From NCBI GenBank assembly GCA_030704615.1, contig CM060731.1:24304001-24368000 (forward strand): 64,000 bases of DNA, read 5' to 3'. The position numbers were made by a program, and so were the translations under genes. This DNA is from Takakia lepidozioides. Lineage: Eukaryota; Plantae; Bryophyta. A model generated the notes under the pieces. It worked only from the letters and a program-made list of their open reading frames with translations, ran no database searches and was not told the DNA's origin. Within the stretch, counting starts at the first letter, position 1. The number at the start of each line of letters is the position of its first letter. Below, piece by piece: positions 45,021 to 58,163 of the stretch.

Positions 45021-45320
45021 GTCTTTTATCCAAGGATGTACCTCAGATCTTTCACCTCGTGATTGATCTTCTTCCTATACCAATTCCCTTAATCTTTCTT
45101 GCAAAGAAACAGAAGGAGTGGCATCCAACTCTAGTTCTTCCGGTATAGGTGATGTACTCTTTGATCTTAATGGTGTGAGAGGTCCAGATGATTCCCCTAT
45201 GTCTATTCCTCTCTCCCAAAGATATGGATAATTAGCTTTCAGATAGCTTTCTCTTTTTGCTGAATATCTCTGTCGTCTAGCTTCTCTTTCATCACTCATG
45301 TCCCATGTCTTTCATTTCTT

Positions 45321-45908
45321 TTAATGTGGCAATAACCAAAACTCTCTTCTGTAATATCTCTCGTATATGCCTGGGTTTCTTTCAAGCTTCAATGCACCCT
45401 TGGCTATACTTGAAGTCTCCGTTACCATATAACCATATGGCAAACAAGTGTGAAAAGCTGTTCTTGGTGTGAGTTTGATCCACAAAATATCCTTTGGAAT
45501 CCAATTCTTTACCAGTACAAGCTCTTCATGCATATGAGTATAAACATTCACCTTTCCTTCTTCCCAGCCTTCAAACTCTACTCGTTTAATGGATAGCAAT
45601 GCTATCACATAAACCAATGTTGGTAACCAACGTGCTCTTCCTCTACAGGCTACCTGATAAATCTTTATCACTCCTTTCTCCAGACCCCATTCTGGATCAA
45701 CATCATGCACTCGCTTCAGAATATTTTCTTTACAACCGTCTGGCAATTCCAAGAACCTTTGAAAGAATTGTTTGGACAATCTTTCTTCCTTCGTTCCACA
45801 GGGAATTTGATTCACTTCAAATTCTTTAATGGTCCAACCACCATGATCCCACCAGATGCCTGTCACATCTGGTTGTTCATGTCTCAGGTCCCCAGTATGG
45901 TCGCCAAA
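45321..45908 (-). CDS. Orphan ORF immediately after the PBS
   Basis: Open frame 45321..46016 with protein-like composition; function unknown. Confidence 0.4.
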   Translation of the reverse strand, partial: FGDHTGDLRHEQPDVTGIWWDHGGWTIKEFEVNQIPCGTKEERLSKQFFQRFLELPDGCKENILKRVHDVDPEWGLEKGVIKIYQVACRGRARWLPTLVYVIALLSIKRVEFEGWEEGKVNVYTHMHEELVLVKNWIPKDILWIKLTPRTAFHTCLPYGYMVTETSSIAKGALKLERNPGIYERYYRREFWLLPH

Positions 45909-48149
45909 TGTCGCGCGGCTTTTACTCACCCATCCCTTCACTATTCGAGGCGGAAACTCCAAGATAGAAGAGTTGGAAATCTCTAAGTACTCAGCCCGCG
46001 CAGAACAATCAGTCATGACCTACAGCTAGTGTATCATGGGGGTGTTTCCTATTTGTTTCCCTTTTGGTATTCATGTTAGCTATCTTACCATTGATAATTA
46101 AGTATCAGTTTGCTTTATCAATCTATTGGATTCCATCAACTCATCCATTCATTTCACAGCTTCACTCAGATCTCTCTACACAGTGTGATTGTATCGTAAA
46201 AGTATCCGATTATGATTTATCAGGTATCAGGCCGAAGCCATTGTGTCTCTAATCTGCTCTACAATATCATTACAGCCTTGCATATATCAAGCATCTACTC
46301 ATCATCTCTCTATCTTCACTTCCGTTCTTCATCTCTGCCAGATCCCCTCTCCTCCATGACCAAGAAGTCCTCCTCCGAATGATATCCCTCAATTCCTCGT
46401 TTCTCCCTTTATCTTCCTATCCGTGGTTCTAACCGTTTCCCTCACTAACCGTCGTCTGTGAACTAACATATTCCCTTCGCAGGTGTTGTTCCCCACAGTC
46501 GTTCCCTGTCCTACTCTTCGTTCCCTATGATCGTGACAGCTGTGTCAAGCTGTGACTGGCTGTGTGAAACTGTGACGGGCTGTGACTGGCTGTGCGACTG
46601 TGTTTGGCTGTGTCGGGCTGTGACTGGCTGTGTGGCTGTGACGGGCTGTGTCGGCTGTGACGGCTGTGTCGGCTGTGACGGCTGTGTCGGCTGTGACGAC
46701 TGTGTCTGCTGTGACGACTGTGACGGGCTGTGTTGGCTGTGTCGGCTGTGACGACTGTGTCGGCTGTGTTGGCTGTGACGACTGTGACGACTGTGACGGG
46801 CTGTGTAACCCCCCTCTACAGTGCGCTGCTGTCACCCCTAAGGCTCCTGTTGGTCTCAGTCTGTGCAAAAATTAAGGGTACCCTACAGATCCCGTATAAG
46901 TGTCTAAGTCCCCGACAGTCCTCTAACAGGGAGACTCCAACCAATCTCCAAGAGTTGATTGATTGCGTGAAGAGATACTTTGATCTTTGGGGGCTAGAGG
47001 CTAACGTCAGCAAATGTGCAGTGGTGGCATTCAACAGACAGAAGAGAGGGGGATCTTAAGTGGCAGCGTTGAGTTTTCCTCCAATTGTAATTGGGATGCA
47101 CATATCCGGAAAGTTGTTCAAACTGGCAAGGGCAAAGCTCTGGGCTCACTAAATTTTTCCACTGCAGAGGGGTCAACTCTAAGGTTAAGAAAACCATGCT
47201 TTGTCGCGTTATTAGACCTGCCTTGGAGTACGGATCTGCAATATGGGTTGATAACTCCAACTAGGCTAAGTCTCTAGAATGGACAAGTGCAAGAGAATGG
47301 TTCATATCTGGGTTCTAGCTGGTTTTGGTTAGATCATCGTTATTTACATGATCTCGACCCTGTAAGAATGCACAATTTTGCACTGTTAGTTTCTGGAGAT
47401 CTTCCTTAATGCTGAGTTTTGTCAGAACTGTCAGGTTGCACAATTCCAAAAGGGAATCAAACATTCGCCGCTGCTACAGTTTCTCACCTGCTGAAAGGTG
47501 TCTGACATTGGCAATGGCAATATTGAGAAATGTCCTTTGACCTATTGAATTCTCAGGTCCAGCTTGATATACACGCGTGAGCAGTGATTGGTAATAATAG
47601 AGTACTCTAAGATTCAGTTCTACCTTGCAAGACCTGTGTATGGACTTGAATACAGTTGTCCTTGGGCATTTGTTATTTCATCCAACTCTGAAAATCTTGA
47701 GGCTGAGCCTGAAGCCCTGGCCCACTACAGTATCCTTGGCAGAATTTCTAGGTCTAACAGTGAGGGGTCCTGTGAACAATGGAAGGACACAGTTGGAAAA
47801 ACTGTTCCTATAATTCAAGGCAGCCCTGATGAATTGTAGTATATTTCAAAGGCTTACAACGCTCCCATTAGTTCTTCTGAGAGATATGAGATCCAGGACA
47901 TAATCACATCAATGAATAGCCTCTACCTTGTGGTAAACCCCATACAGTTAAGCACTTAGCAGTAAAATAAAGAGCCTCAAAGCTAGACATACGACGGAGG
48001 GTGGCTAGCAGGCAAAAAACAACACCAAAAAGCAATAGTTAACGCAAGATTAAAGTATGGATTTACAGGCTGTTGCAAGGTAGAAAAATAGTGTACAATT
48101 AGTAACTGACCACCTTCAAGTTACTTCTTCGCAAAAACGAAAATTGGAA

Positions 48150-48500
48150 GAGGTCCTTTGTGTCTTGCAAGCTCTGCGAGCAACTAGTCTTACCTCCGAA
48201 TCGCCCCCGGGAAGTCCGAGCCAAGATACCCCTCCTGAATTCAGTTCTAACAATGTTTCATATCCCACCATTGATTGAATGAAGGCAGGAAAGTTTCCTG
48301 ACCTGGACAGTCGCATTGAGAAGATGAGGGACAATGTTCTGAAAATGAGCTCCACGCTTCTTTCACAGTTAGATGACGAGAAGCATTTCTGTCTCCATTG
48401 TCCCACCATTGATTGGGGTCGGAAAAGTGTTCATTCCAAACCTTCTCCTCATCTCTGTTATCTGTTTTAGGATACTTTCCTGTTGCCACATCGGCAGTAA
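48150..48500 (-). pseudogene. Fragment resembling PDF motifs of organellar ssDNA-binding (OSB-type) proteins
   Basis: EEKVWNEHFSDPNQWWDN and a second NQWWD motif; disrupted frames. Confidence 0.5.
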
Positions 48501-48629
48501 CTTGTCAAAGTCACTCCAAACCACCACATATCCACCCAACGAGCTATCTTACAGAATTCAACATACATCTCAAGGCCGAGTCTGATGAGAGGGCAAAACA
48601 GGCAGAAATAGGTTGAAGAAGAAGGAGCC

Positions 48630-48999
48630 CTCACCACATTGTCCTTGCCAAACCAAGCTGACTCTCAAGAACCTTGATGTGCCTCACCACATTGTCCTTG
48701 AAACACGGTCTGCTAAGACCAAGCTGACTCTCAAGAACCTTGATGTTCCTCACCACATTGTCCTTGAAACACGGTCTGCTAAGACCAAGCTGACTCTCAA
48801 GAACCTTGATGTTCCTCACCACATTGTCCTTGAAACATGGTCTGCCAAACCAAGCTGACTCTCAAGAACCTTGATGTGCCTCACCACATTGTCCTTGAAA
48901 CACGGTCTGCTAAGACCAAGCTGACTCTCAAGAACCTTGATGTTCCTCACCACATTGTCCTTGAAACACGGTCTGCTAAGACCAAGTTGACTCTCAAGA
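48630..48999. repeat. Minisatellite, 66-bp unit, about 5.5 copies
   Basis: ACCACATTGTCCTTGAAACACGGTCTGCTAAGACCAAGCTGACTCTCAAGAACCTTGATGTTCCTC repeated. Confidence 0.95.
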
Positions 49000-50910
49000 A
49001 GCTTGTAAACATCAGGAACAATGCCAAATCATGGTACTAACAGGAGCCAGGAGCCCACATTTGCAGGATGGCTTGCAGGAGGAAGAACGCACACCGTCTA
49101 TTTTTCAGGCAGCCCGGGTAGTATGGAAGAAATTGACGACGATGATGTGGCGACGATGACGTGGCACTATGGCACCCTATTCCTGCTCTACGCTAAACTA
49201 GCTTCTGACCTTCGGTCGTCGCTAGAATTTTAGGAATGGGAGAACTACAGAAGCCTCACATGTTCTTTACACAACTACGATTATTCTGTGCTATCTTGTT
49301 TCATCAAATAGTTGTCTTCATGCGCATGTGTGTGGCCTACAATATTTGCATTGTTGAAGAAGTCTTTGTAAGTGAAGAAGCGCAAGGCGACAGAGTTGTA
49401 ATCCACCTCAATTTCACCAGACAAGTCAATGTTTCTCTTGAAGCAATGGGCAGGGAAGTGGCTCTTATTTATGCCAGCTTGGGCCATAGCTAGGCTTTCT
49501 CTCTCTCAAGCAATGGGTTCTCTTGTTCCGTCCAAAGACAAGATGTGAAACACATGTATATCTTTGGGGAGCTCTGAAGAAGAGAGCACTATCCTGTTCT
49601 GATTCTCTACTTTGGAGCTGCTTTTTTGTAGAAGGGTTCAAACAGACAAAAGACGTAAATATAATGTTTGTTCTATCAACAGAAATGTGTGGCAAGTTCA
49701 ATATGACTAACATAGCATTATGGATACCAGATTCATTGAAGCATAACACTCATCCATCCACATGGATGATTGATGATGCCAACGTGCTGACATGATGTCA
49801 ATTTGGTGAAGGCTTAGAGCATCACCACCCTTGAGCCCGAAAAACTCCCTGTAGCACCAAAGATAGTGTCATCGATTCAGTGCCTGCTGGGTTCTGTGGT
49901 GCGGCAGCCCGACTCGCGCACACCCTTGTCCCTCAATCGCCCTCGCTATCCCCGCGCTCCTCGCCTCCCATTGGCCGGAAGGGGCGAGATCTCCGCCAAG
50001 ATGCTGATCGGCACGCGCTAGGTAACGTTGACTTGGATTCAGGGACGTATTCTGTGCACAGAATACAGCGCTCGGGTTCAGTGCACGGAACGATATTCAG
50101 TGCGCGCTTTTCATGGGATATAGGGTTCAGTGCATGGGTGGGGGACGTTCCCGCCCACCATACCCTCATGTTCCGTTGGCATGCTGGGTTCAGTGTAGGG
50201 TGGGGATGCTCTTATACCCAGATCTCATGTAGGTCGGTGACAGCATTTTGAACATGGGCGGGGGCGGCATTGCATCTTCCTCCGATTCCGATAACCAATG
50301 GGAGAGCTTAACAAGCTCCTGGGAACTTTGATGGATGTCATGAATGTGATGCTACAAGAGTTCATAATCATGATAAGCTCTGGGAAGAAGGCGGACGGCT
50401 ATAACATGCCTTGGATACGGCAGGAGAAGGGGAGTCACAACAGTAAAGAATGTGATATTTGGGCTAGTTGTAAAATAGGCTGGCAGCTGATCACTAGACA
50501 TTCTATGAACCATCAATTGCAGCCCTCTGACCAACTGTGGCATCAACAATGTTGCTTTGATATAATATGGGAGGAATGTCTCTGAACTGAAGACCATAGG
50601 TACTGTTCATAGCATTGCAAGGCCTCTCTTAAGTAAACCCATGTGGACAATTGAAGCCCTCAGGAAAGGCAACAAAAGGCCCTATGCTCTCCAAAGGCCC
50701 ATAAGCATCAGCCTTAGGACAACAAGTGCAAGTTTCCAGTACTAACTTGAAGCAGAAACCACCTCGACCAGCCTACGACAAGAATGGGAGGCATAAACAG
50801 CATGAAATCACAAAGTCTTTCATTTTCTCTCTTTCTCTCAGTCTCCAACCAACACAACAGTACAGCAACTCCTGAGATGACCCGGCAAGGAGGAACAGGG
50901 TTGCAACTGA

Positions 50911-52848
50911 TCAATCGTCATCAGATCCCCAGGCTTCATCACGCAGCTGTTGCCTAGTGAGCAACCGCTGTTTCCTTTCAGCCTCCTGGATTTGAGTTTG
51001 TTCTGCATTTGCTCGGCTCTTCGCATGCAGCGCATGGCTAATGCCCTGCCTACTTAGCGCACAAGCTATCATGCGCTGCGCAACTCGTGCTGATGTGGCT
51101 GGCCGTGGCGCAGGAGGCTCCAAGTCTGCAGCATTCTCCAACAATGTATTAGCAATCATAATCCACTTAAGTATTTAGACATTTCTCTAGTGACACATTT
51201 CTTCATGCCTCCCTCTTTATCTATTATCAAAACCCGCCAAAAGTTGGATATGCTGCACAATCCAACAAAAAGGGAGTTATTTGTGACCAAGGAGAGATAC
51301 CTGTTGGAGACAAAGAAAGAGAGAACTGGCCATTGATTGCACTGGCATTAGAGAATCTATGGACTTTAAAACGTGGGTCATTGGTCCCTGCCAAAACGTC
51401 ATGAGCTGCATGCACCACAAAGAAACAATCCTCAAGATCAGAAGTAGTTTGTCTTGCTTAGCAGTGTAGATGGTTTTGTGCAAAATAAATGTGACCTCCA
51501 CAGTGTCAATGAAATGTATGCAAAAAAATCATCCATCCTGACTTACCCGCGGCTGGAGTCTGGAACACAGCCAATGTGGTAGAATTATCAACCCTACGAA
51601 TGGAAACCCCTTGGCTTGAATATGGCTTCAACAGATCCTCCAGGTCTTTGGTCTTCATCTCGGGTGAAAACCCCTCTATCACCAGCACATGATCAGTACC
51701 CCCATCCCCTGCCAGAACACATGGAAAATCGGCAAATTCTAAAATGGTCAAATGTTTAGGGTGGTTTAGTGCCTGGACCTCTTCACACCCTGCAGACATC
51801 ACATACATAATAAACAGTAGACATCACACTGTTGAAAGAAACTAATATTCCCACAGCCTTCCTAGATTAGGGTGACCCGCTCCATTTGTCAAGGCTTCCT
51901 ATATTTGTCTACTTATACAATTAGGTTTGGCTGGTAACCCTGGAAAGTTGGAGGGCGAAACTGGTGAGGAGGTTAGGAAGGAGCAATAGAAGCCTGCAAA
52001 GTTGGGGGAGAGAGGTATCTGTCACCCTACATAAAACATCCTCTTCTTACTCATGGGAGAGATAATTCTGTATGCTTCAAGTGTGTGTTATTAGGTTAGC
52101 TTTCCCCCGTTCCCCTCCAGGCTCGCAAGACATACAAGGACATACCAAAAAAGGAGAGGAAATTGCAAAATCTCTTTAACCAGTGCTAGTAGCCCTAACC
52201 ATCGCTGGTGAAATAGATACACCCTGTTTCACAGCACAGCCAGGAATTCCTTGTGATAACCTCCATGCAATGGGATGTCTTTAAAGATACCCCCACAATC
52301 CATCCAAACATCTACAACGCAATGCTCTAGTTCTTAGGCCTTGCTTGCCTAGAGTCACTTACAATGGTCGTTTGCCCCACGAATGTCATCTCCTTCAACC
52401 CTCTCAGTATCTTCATGTATGAATTCTTCGTCTACGTGATCGCTGTACATTCCCATCCCTCCGTAAGTAAATGCCCCCCTTCCCCGCTGCTTGGGAGTAC
52501 ATCCCTGTTTTGGGAGTGTCTCTGAAATTTCGACAGCAGGTGCCACTCGATGTGGCGCAGGTAACAAGCTGGGTGCCACTGCTTCCCAATCTGCTTTTTT
52601 GATACCCACAACCCAACCATTCAACGCCCCAATAGCATACCCCGTTGAAATTCGACAAGAACGACACAACCCATTGCGCCACACCCTATCAACGATCCAG
52701 ATATTTTCACTGTGATAGCTGTCAGAATCTCTCTCTCTCTCTCTCTACTAGCAATATTTAGAACTTGATATGGAGCATCATATTCCACAGACCCACCTTC
52801 TTCAACCTTCACGCCTGGGCTAGGAAGCTCTTCCATGTCTTTTTCCAT
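50911..52848 (-). CDS. R3HCC1-like RRM/coiled-coil protein (multi-exon; boundaries approximate, intactness uncertain)
   Basis: DWEAVA...PKQRGRGAFTY; DHVLVIEGFSPEMKTKDLEDLL...IRRVDNSTTLAVFQTPAA; DLEPPAPRPATSARVAQRMIACAL. Confidence 0.65.
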
Positions 52849-53873
52849 GCATCTGATCACTGGCCAGCCTAATCTGCACACATGCTTCTTTCTTCCAGGA
52901 TCCAGCTCCTGCAAGCTGTTTGCAACAGCTTTACACTATGTGCATATGTGCATGTCGCATATTGGGATTTCAACAAAAGGTATCTACTATCTACTATGAT
53001 GATAAAATTCCGTTACATTTGTTGGTCAAACAGCTTGTTTCCCATTAGCAATCGGAATTGTCTTTCAGGTTTGTAGGGTCCACTAACAAACAGAAGACTG
53101 AAAAATGAAGTGAAAGAAAAATAAGCCCTATTTAGTTGTAACACTTGTTGCCCTTCGCTTTTCAATTTCTTGAAAGGACCTTTGCTTTGAAGGTCCTCTT
53201 GGTCCTTCCTTCCACTCCACAAATGTGGAAAGATGATGTACACTCTTTTTGTTTCTGTTGCCAAAATTTCAGTGAAGTTGTCTTAGATAGTGATAGTCAC
53301 ATCCACATTCCCTGAGCAAAATCCCATGAAGAAGCAACTCTACACTACCTTAATTCACCTCAATTTACCACTTGGAGATCCATCGACCGCCCATGCTTTC
53401 TGGGTCCCTGGATTGGATCTCCTTAAGTTACACTGGAAATAGGGCTTGCAATTAAGATGACATGCCTCTTGGCGCTACACCAGAATCCAGGAGAAGGGCT
53501 CAGCCAAAAGATACTCTTCCAAAGATTTTGTGGGGCTCCATATACCGAAGTTCTCTGGTCACTCTGCATCATACATCTCATCGCTGTCACTCTGCTTTTT
53601 ATTAAACAGACCTTTGCTGTATAAAAACATGTTGTCCAACTTAGGAGTTGGCTCTCTCCTGCTGTGTATAGTGGAATGGGCCAGCTAATCCCAGATGTGC
53701 CCTGGAAGGTGGCACCCAATATAGTGGCAAGCCCTGATCTCCTCTTACAATGAATCAATAGTAGCTCTAAAAATCTAATGAGTTTGCTGCACTTAGACCA
53801 TTAACTGGTATGCCTAATATGAAGGCTGCCCGTCCTGCCCACATGCTCAAAACAAAAGCATAACACCAGCAGG

Positions 53874-56800
53874 TCAGGAGACTGGACCAAGGGACGGAAG
53901 TAAAGAGCGTCGCCAGGCCCAATACCTTGCACGCATGCTATCAACACTCTCTAGTCGGAAACACACACTGCTAGCAAGATCAGAGGGTGATGACCAGGAT
54001 GGAAAAGCTTTACCAAGCAGTACACCATCACTGGATGATGGCTGATATCCAGCACCCAAGAGATCCAGCAGTAAACTGAGTGCTTGTACACAATTGCCAT
54101 CCTTACCTATTTCCTCTACACACACTGCGGTTACCAGAGGGTCCTGAACAAAGGCCTCTTGCTCGCCTTTAAACAGACCTCTCAAGTATCTCCAAGGGCT
54201 CTCATTGGAAGGGACTGTTTTGATGGCCTCCGCACAGTACTGTACTTCACATTCCCGCATCAATTGCAAACCCCCCAGCAACGGACTCTTTGTCACCACA
54301 AAATACCTCTGCCATTGAACACCAAAGAAGTTAAGATTATTGACACACCGTTGTATAGCAGCGCAAAGAGAACAGGGGGATTAGACTTCTACCCTTTTCA
54401 ACACATAAAAAACTCGCAAATTCTTCTGCAAGATAATTCAAGGTCAGTTTAATGGCAATATAGAACTGAATGGTAGGGGTTCTGCAGCGGGATACGATCT
54501 TTAGGTTCCCTGCACTCCAGTGACCAAGCAGTACAGGGACTACCTTCAGATTGAAATGATCAGGGTCTCCATAGAAGTTCTATTCAGGCAACCTCAGTAA
54601 CTTGGCCATTACTGGGAAAGCTCACTAGGCTTTGCTTTGGGCTAAGCACAAGACCATAGACACCAAGGCAAGGAGGCTATACTAGTGAAGGCCCCCTCCC
54701 TCAGCCACAGAACAGATGAAACTCTTCAACTTTCATGCAACAACAACATTGCACAACATTAGAGCGCCACAAAGATTCTGAGTATATGGATCTGTCAGTT
54801 GCATACATCCTATTGCAACTACCTGATTCCAGGCAGAATTGTTTAGGAGATCCAGGGACAGCAGCTTTGAACAGTAGTCCAGCTCACCTTCCCACCCTCC
54901 CAGCTCCTGCAGTACCCACTGCAACAATGAACAAATATCACCATCAGTATTGTTTGACATGACAGCAAACATACCATTTAAAGATAGGGAAAGCACACTT
55001 GAGACCAAGAGCGCTTAACTTGTATCGGAAAAAGATGCATTCCTATCATCACACTATTGGCAAACCCCACCAGAGTTGTGATTCAGTGTCCATAAGAAAG
55101 AGTTAGACAGAGACAGACAGAGCGCTGTAGTCATCAGACTTTGCTAGCTCTCTTGTGACAGTAAATCCACAAGACTGCCAAGCCTGGACAGAGCAGAAAA
55201 GGGGGTAAACAGCAGAGAGGGACTGGATGAGTGGAGAATAAGGGCCCACTAACATTTGAACGGTCAGCTCAGTAGTGGGACTTAGCTTCAAAGAGGAAAT
55301 TCATAAGGGACTCTTACATAATTCCAGACCACTTACAGTCAACAACATATCTATCCACATATCCCATGATTCAAATTACAAAGCACTTGGCCTGTCAATA
55401 TTTGTTGCCTTGCATTGGTCCAGCCACTGAAATAATATATATATTCCAAGGTGGAGTCCCTTCTGTTCAATGCAAGGACCACAAGATACCTTTGTAAGGG
55501 GGATAACACTGTAGGCAAAGAATTTTTGGGTCATCGTACAGCATCGAAGTATGCTCTGCACATATCCGTAATACTTTTTCCTTTGGGCACCTTATTGACT
55601 CATAAATGTCTACCCTACCCTCCAGCCCGTTGATGGACAGACTCTCCTTGCACATTCCAGGAGTGGGACATCCTTGTAGAAATAGAGTTCACAATTTCAG
55701 ATTTTCCCAAGACATCACTGGATTATAGTATGAACTTCAGTCCATAGCTTTGGGACTGTCTCATTTGAGTTAAGTAAAGAAAGAGGGCCTCTTATTGAAA
55801 AGAGTACCAGTTACCCTCTCCTAAATGTTTGATATCCTCACAAATCAAGCCCACATATCAGACATGGGGGTGTCCTCTTTTTCCCAGCTAGGTCAACTTG
55901 CTGTATAGAGGAAGTCCAAGGCTCCGAAGAAGCTAATTTGTGTTGGGCTTCAGTTTATTTGCTTTTGAGCAACATTTCCTTTACAGCCTGGTCTGATACA
56001 AGTGAGGGAGAGAGAGAACAGAGGCATGAGAGAGACCTGACGATGGGACCAAGCATGGTAATTCTTGGAGTCATCCAGCAGCACATTTTCTGTAAAGCGC
56101 AATTCTGCAGAGACGGCATCTCCTCCCAGTTTCTGAGCAACCCAGCGCCGGTGATGCCTGCACCACACCATGCAACATTTCATTTTTCTCCTGTCTACTC
56201 CACTCCAAGCCCATATCATCCACATGCCTTCAAATATGTCTGTCTTGCTCTAATATATCAGGCACGTTAAGGGTAGGGTATGTGTGAGTAAGAGTTTGGA
56301 AGGGAGAAAGAGACCAAATCTGGTAATTTTTGAAGTTGTTCTCAGCAATACTTTCGACATACTCAAGCTCCTCCTGAAGATCAGAGCCTACAGCCTCCAA
56401 CACCAGCCTCCTGAAGTGCCATACCTTTGCCCCAGCAAAGCATCACCATAAATAGTTTTCAGTAAAGCACAATTGACAAGACAAATGTAAACTACGATTC
56501 TCTGATAGCTCCAACTTAAGCTCCTGAGGCGGTCTGAAGTTGCTGCATGGTGATTCTGTTACAATAGTCCAATAACCTGAGGGCGTAAACCATGACCTTT
56601 AACTCACCAACTAAAATGTTGCCCATTTTCCACTGCCAATGTGGCAGCCATGAGGCACTGCTCTTAACCCTAAAATATATAACCTAGATATACAAACGAT
56701 ATCGTTCATCCAAACCCAAAGGGAGACCACCTTAGCACTGCAAACTGCTCAGGGTTTTGAAGAAAGAGAAAGAACAAATTTCCTATCTGTAGACTAATCA

Positions 56801-57185
56801 GAGGTATCCACAAAAAGGAAAAGAGGGAAAGAGGAAGCACACAGACACTCAGTAAGCTGATAGTTGCCATCCTTTCACCAAGTACCAGCTCATTGTCAAA
56901 CAGAAGCGGATGCACTCCCCCATGAGGTGGGTACTAAGATAACAATGACGATACCGTGTAATTTGCAGAGTTCAGAGCGATGACTTCGGCTGTAAGCTCT
57001 AATGCACGAGGGCTCCGTTCGTCCTTTGCCAAAATGGCACGAAAATAGTCCATTACCTCCCGAAACTGCTTGGTGTATGCTATGGCCACTACGGGTCGTG
57101 GACCATCATCTTGTGCAATCGGCTGAACATCTGCCCACTCAGGCCTTGTGCTGAGAGGCACCCACTCTTCTTCCTCATCTTCCAT
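53874..57185 (-). CDS. FTA: Protein farnesyltransferase/geranylgeranyltransferase type-I alpha subunit; exons 57185-56955, 56424-56315, 56157-56037, 54918-54823, 54308-53874
   Basis: [24 protein letters not shown]; PPTA repeats [53 protein letters not shown]; all introns GT-AG and in phase. Confidence 0.95.
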
Positions 57186-58163
57186 GTCTTAACCTCCTTC
57201 CTTGACCCTACCTGATCACTATCAATCGCAGGAAACTAAGCAATTGCAGCTTAAAGACAAATCAACCAAAGTAGAAGAGCTGTTGGAAGCGATTGGATCT
57301 CCGTCTCCCTCTCTCTATCTATCTCTCCCAAAAAATTCGCAGTCCCAGGGAGAGGGAGATACCATCAAGTTTTTGAATCGGTCAATAAGCGCTGGCAGAT
57401 CCTTCACCAAAACTGCCCACCCCTCACACACACCTCGGGCGCTGTCTCCCTCCGACGATTTCGTCGAGCCCAACTTTCGGTCGTCCATTTGGAACGTTTC
57501 GGAGGGACGATACTCACTGTTCTTCTGTAATGGAACACGAAGGCCCTTGTAGATAGTAAGGCTTTTATTTTATTTTTTTATCCTTTATTTTTTTTTAAGG
57601 GAAACCTGGGAGCGACAGCCCAATTCAGGCCGGGCCTTGAGGAGGGGGGAAAATTAACCCCCTCCATGAGACCTACAGATCAACGCCCAGACCGTCATGA
57701 ACAATCCCACACACGGGGCAGGGGGTTTGAACCCCGAACCACCAGGGCGACCCACCGTGCACTTACCAGCTGGGCTACCACCCAATGAGCTCTTTTTTTT
57801 TCTTTTTTTTTCTTTAAAAAAAGAATTGAATCCCTGGTTACTTTATTGATAATTATTGAGGGGAAAAAAAATAAAACCCCCTTGTCGCCATAAGGCGCAC
57901 ACACCGTATTCAGTGTAATATGAGCCAATCATCTCCTGATGGAGATTAAGTCTGTAAAACAAAATACCGTGTTTCTACTGATGGACACTTACACGAGATC
58001 CGTGATCCAGGAGCCAAACACCTATGATTGAAGGAAAGTCCAAGAGACCAAAAAACAGGGCTCTCTGCCCGAGACCTAAATCTTAACAATGCATACCGAG
58101 AGAGTAATAAGACCTGAATATGGGGGAGTTGAGAGAGAGATCTATTTATAGTGCAGCTTAGAA

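Larger units (their letters stand above)
41246..46928 (-). mobile_element. Canonical-structure non-autonomous LTR retroelement
   Basis: LTRs at 45909-46928 and 41246-42184 (TGTTAGAGG...GCGCGACA on the minus strand); PBS TGGCGACCATACTGGGGA (tRNA-Arg-like, uncertain); PPT GAGGGGGGAAGGGG; TSD GGGAG (41241-41245, 46929-46933). Confidence 0.95.
40660..47280 (+). mobile_element. Degenerate non-LTR retrotransposon (LINE) RT fragment, split by the LTR element at 41246-46928
   Basis: YKKGDREEPGNYRGITLL, QAGF, FLDVKKAYDTV, GVAQGCTLSPLLF; resumes after the insertion as ETPTNLQELID...WGLEANVSKC; the FADD motif is damaged by a small deletion. Confidence 0.88.

Noticed and set aside
49000-50700. Short ORFs between the minisatellite and the R3HCC1-like gene
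   Set aside because: No recognisable domains or consistent splice structure.
57938-58163. Fragment of another minus-strand LTR interrupted by chromovirus copy B
   Set aside because: Only a TATA-like box, a CT-rich tract and a TG/CA-like end are visible; no second copy in the window to confirm it.
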